Below, piece by piece: positions 61,074-64,000 of a DNA stretch of 64,000 nucleotides. The stretch's first letter is position 1. Every line of letters begins with the position of its first letter. The stretch is from NCBI GenBank assembly GCA_043228905.1, contig JBHGNT010000010.1, positions 13,020,001 through 13,084,000 of the forward strand, given 5' to 3'. The stretch comes from Azolla caroliniana (lineage: Eukaryota; Plantae; Polypodiophyta). The position numbers were made by a program, and so were the translations under genes. The notes beneath the pieces are model-generated. The model was given only the letters and a program-made list of their open reading frames with translations. It did no database searches and had not been told where the DNA came from.

Positions 61074-61862
61074 TGTCGTGCCTTTCGGCTCCGGATCGTT
61101 GCGTGAGTCGGGTGGGAACCACAGAGGTCTTGGACTAGGAGAAAGAAGTTCGTGAGATAGAGATTAATTATGAGTAAATAGCAAAGAGAAAGATAAGAAA
61201 CTCGTGAATCACACGAGTATACTATATTAATTGGTACTTAGGGTGTTAAGAGAGAAGTAGATGTATAAATCGTGAATCCCACGAATAATTTTTGTATTGA
61301 TTAATACTTAATCCAAATAATCAACAACCCTTTATATATTTCTCTCCTCCTTATATAAGGAAGGAAGAGCTAAGCATGGCTTCATGCTTTTTTTACAAAA
61401 AGTGTTCATGTCCACTAAATGTGCATGTGATGCTTTTTTATTTCCTAAGTATAGGGCTCATGCACGCTAGATGTGCATGAGTTATTTTTAGTGTCTCGTG
61501 TTTTTCTTTTTTTTCTTTTTCATATATTAAAAAAATACACGATTTACCTTTTAATAAAGGTATGCATAAATAAAGGTCTTATACGTATTAAATCTATATT
61601 GAAAACATTTAAGATAATTTAATGTAATGGTAAGGTTGGGGTTTGTCAACGTGGAGGTGCAGAGTTCGAATCACGCCCTGCGCAGTAGTGAGTATTTCCT
61701 TTTTTTTACATTTATGTCTCTTTATCCGGCTCTTCCTTGCCGGTATGCCGTTTTCCTCCTTGCCGGTATGCCGTTTTCTTCTGGTTCTCACCGAGCACTC
61801 CATTCTCTATCCGGAGGGACAAAAATATAATTTCCACATAGTGTGCAACCTACACTACGACA
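61074..61862 (-). repeat. B 5' LTR
   Basis: Adjacent to PBS; direct repeat of 54623-55406. Confidence 0.97.
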
Positions 61863-63346
61863 GCGTGAGTTCAAAGGGTTGTATTAGCTAGGAACGCTGG
61901 CCGACAAAATCTTGGAGAAGTGGGTAAACGGTTTCTGACTGAAACCGTATTACAAACCAATGCCGCAGAAGCCGTTCAAACAACAGAAAGCCGGCAACCA
62001 AGAGGAACCTACCACGGATCCGGTGTTGCAGGACACGATGGAAAAGGAATAACATGTATCCTTAAAGAAGGAAAAAATAAATAAATAAAATCCCTCATGC
62101 AGGGTGAGGAGTAAATATGTGGCGAATGCATGAGGAGAAGAAAAACAAAAAAGAAAGAAAGAAAGAAAGAAAAGAGTGGGAATAATAAATGAACGGACAC
62201 CACGAAACGGTGTGACGTCAGACATTTAAAGCACACCACACGGCGTACAACTTCTATAATAGTACATGGCGTGCATGTGCGGGAATCAAGAAAAGGTGGC
62301 AAAGATGGGAACACAAAACTTTTGCGTTAGAGAGTCTCTCTCATTCCACGAACAAAGAGCACTTAGCACACAGAAGCGGATACAGGAGATCAGGCAAACG
62401 CAAGAAGCTACCGCAGGCACCCCAAAGCTTACTACCACCACCGAAGCAGAAGACACACTGGAGCCCATGGCACTCTCCGAGACTGCCAAGAAATGGTTTA
62501 CACAACATGGATTGGAGGGTTTTCTCCGGATAGCAAAAGCACCTCCCCACGACGAACCAGAAAAGGTCGCAAAGAAGATCGACTTGGAGGAAATAACAGA
62601 GGAACGCCAACACGAACAACCATAAGGTGGAAGTGGCAAAGAGTAGCACGACAAAGGCAATGCCAAACTACAAAATTCATCCACACTCGTTTTAGAGACT
62701 TGGGCATTAATCGATGTAAGACCCAAGCGAAAGACGATGGCAGCGAGGAAGCAAGGGTTAAAGCCAATGTGTGCAACAAGGAAGTAAAGCAAAGCAAAAT
62801 GACGAAAGTCCATGTGTGCAACAAAGAGGTCAAGCAAAGCATGAAGACAAAAGCAAATGTGTGTGACAAAGAGACCAAGAAAACCTCAAAAAGCAAAGAT
62901 GTGGGCCAAGTGGGCCAAGCGAATACGAAAGATGTGATCACAAAATCTGACAAGGATAATACTAGCTTAGAAGTCATGGTCAATTCCAACACAATAGTAT
63001 ACCAAGAAAGTGGACAAAGTGGGAAACATACGGTGTGGTCACTTAAGCACCTAGAGGAGAGCATGACGCTAAATAATAAATCGCTAAGAGTACTCAACCA
63101 TAGCATTTCGATAAGGCCTTCGAAAGGCATGCATGGAACAAGAAAGTTTGATGACCAAGGAGATGGCCGAGATGAAGGTGGCACATGCATAAGGAGTGAA
63201 GCATTATGCTCAAGAGGAGCAAAGAGAGCCATGACAACCGGTCATGGAAATGCAAATAGCGAACGAAGAAAAAGTAAAGTAATCAAAAGAGGAGCCTCAC
63301 CAAAATTGGCACATACTGGTGGATGTGCAGGTTTGGTGGGGGTGAA

Positions 63347-64000
63347 TGTCGTGTGAATCTTCTCATACTATGTAAATAAATAAATAATAAAATAAGTACT
63401 TTATATTAGCTTAATGGCATGTTATAGAAAGATGGATGTTTGAGAAAATAGGGAAAATAGAACTATGATTTATCCCACATAGATAGGAAACTTAAGGCTC
63501 TGGCTATATAAGAACCTTGAGATCCCTCATTTTTCATTTGTGCTAAGAGCACTTTGGCCACTTTGTCTTGAAGGATGATGGTGGACAAGTTTCCCAAAAC
63601 CGGAAACCGGTCGGTAAGCAAAACTGGAAACTGGTCGGTAAGCAAAACCGGACCCGGGCCAATAAGCAAAATTGGAAACCGGCCGTTAAGCAAAATTGGA
63701 ACTGGGCCGGTAAGCAAAATCGGGAACCGGCCGATAAGTAAAACTAAAACGCGGCTTGTAAGCAAAACCGGGAACCGGACGAGGCTGGACGCAAACCGAA
63801 TGGATAAAAGGATCATGTGGCTAATTAAAGAAAGGTAAAAGAGACTAAAGTAGAGGCCATGTGCATGCATGCAACAAAAGTGGAAAAGCATACAAAGGAA
63901 TGGAAAAAAAAACAAACTAAAGTCCTTCATGCAAAGGGATGGGTGAGAGACAAAAAGGAAGAATCTCAAATCTTGGAGGCGATCGATCACTCATAATTCC
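63347..64000 (+). mobile_element. 3' LTR of element D (A/B-related), running off the window
   Basis: PPT GGTTTGGTGGGGGTGAA then TGTCGTG; same pre-PPT motif as A and B. Confidence 0.75.
63596..63780 (+). repeat. 24-bp minisatellite, ~8 copies, in D LTR
   Basis: Unit approximately AAAACCGGAAACCGGTCGGTAAGC. Confidence 0.85.

Larger units (their letters stand above)
54623..61862 (-). mobile_element. Full-length Ty3/gypsy element B
   Basis: Nearly identical LTRs 54623-55406 and 61074-61862; TSD GCGT (54619-54622 / 61863-61866); Trp PBS 61052-61069. Confidence 0.97.
36819..62050 (+). mobile_element. Decayed Ty3/gypsy element E, split by nested A2, C and B (3' end uncertain)
   Basis: LTR, PBS, gag, PR, RT, RH and IN fragments in gypsy order; coding sequence is continuous across each nested TSD. 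Confidence 0.8.

Noticed and set aside
5232-61862. Assigning A/B/C to a named lineage (chromovirus, Athila, Tat, Phygy/Selgy)
   Set aside because: No chromodomain is visible and the RT motif (PFLDDIP) differs from element E; assignment needs an RT phylogeny that I cannot run

Overview
This window is plant nuclear, repeat-rich DNA with no recognisable cellular protein-coding gene. The host is probably a seed-free plant such as a fern (inference from CCCTAAA telomere repeats and plastid fragments with apparent RNA-editing sites). Layout, with family letters as my own labels: (1) 1-19353, a decayed Ty3/gypsy element (F) carrying a nested gypsy copy (A1) and a very young Ty1/copia element; (2) 19354-36818, a tandem array of ~770-bp units, each with one near-intact and one decayed tRNA-Glu(CTC) copy, interrupted by a 1.6-kb mosaic of scrambled plastid fragments and inverted across a broken copia element; (3) 36819-64000, a decayed gypsy element (E) hit by three nested insertions (A2, C, B), followed by the 3' end of a related element (D). 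The best candidate for an undescribed system is the A/B/C(/D) gypsy lineage. Its members share TGTCG...CGACA termini, tRNA-Trp priming, 4-bp CpG-centred target duplications (ACG at all five readable junctions), a tRNA-like A-box/B-box cassette inside the LTRs, a gag-protease ORF with a DHG catalytic motif, a GGATTTT-plus-pseudoknot -1 frameshift signal and a hairpin before the PPT. Not every trait is readable in every member. All calls were made by eye; no database search was run.
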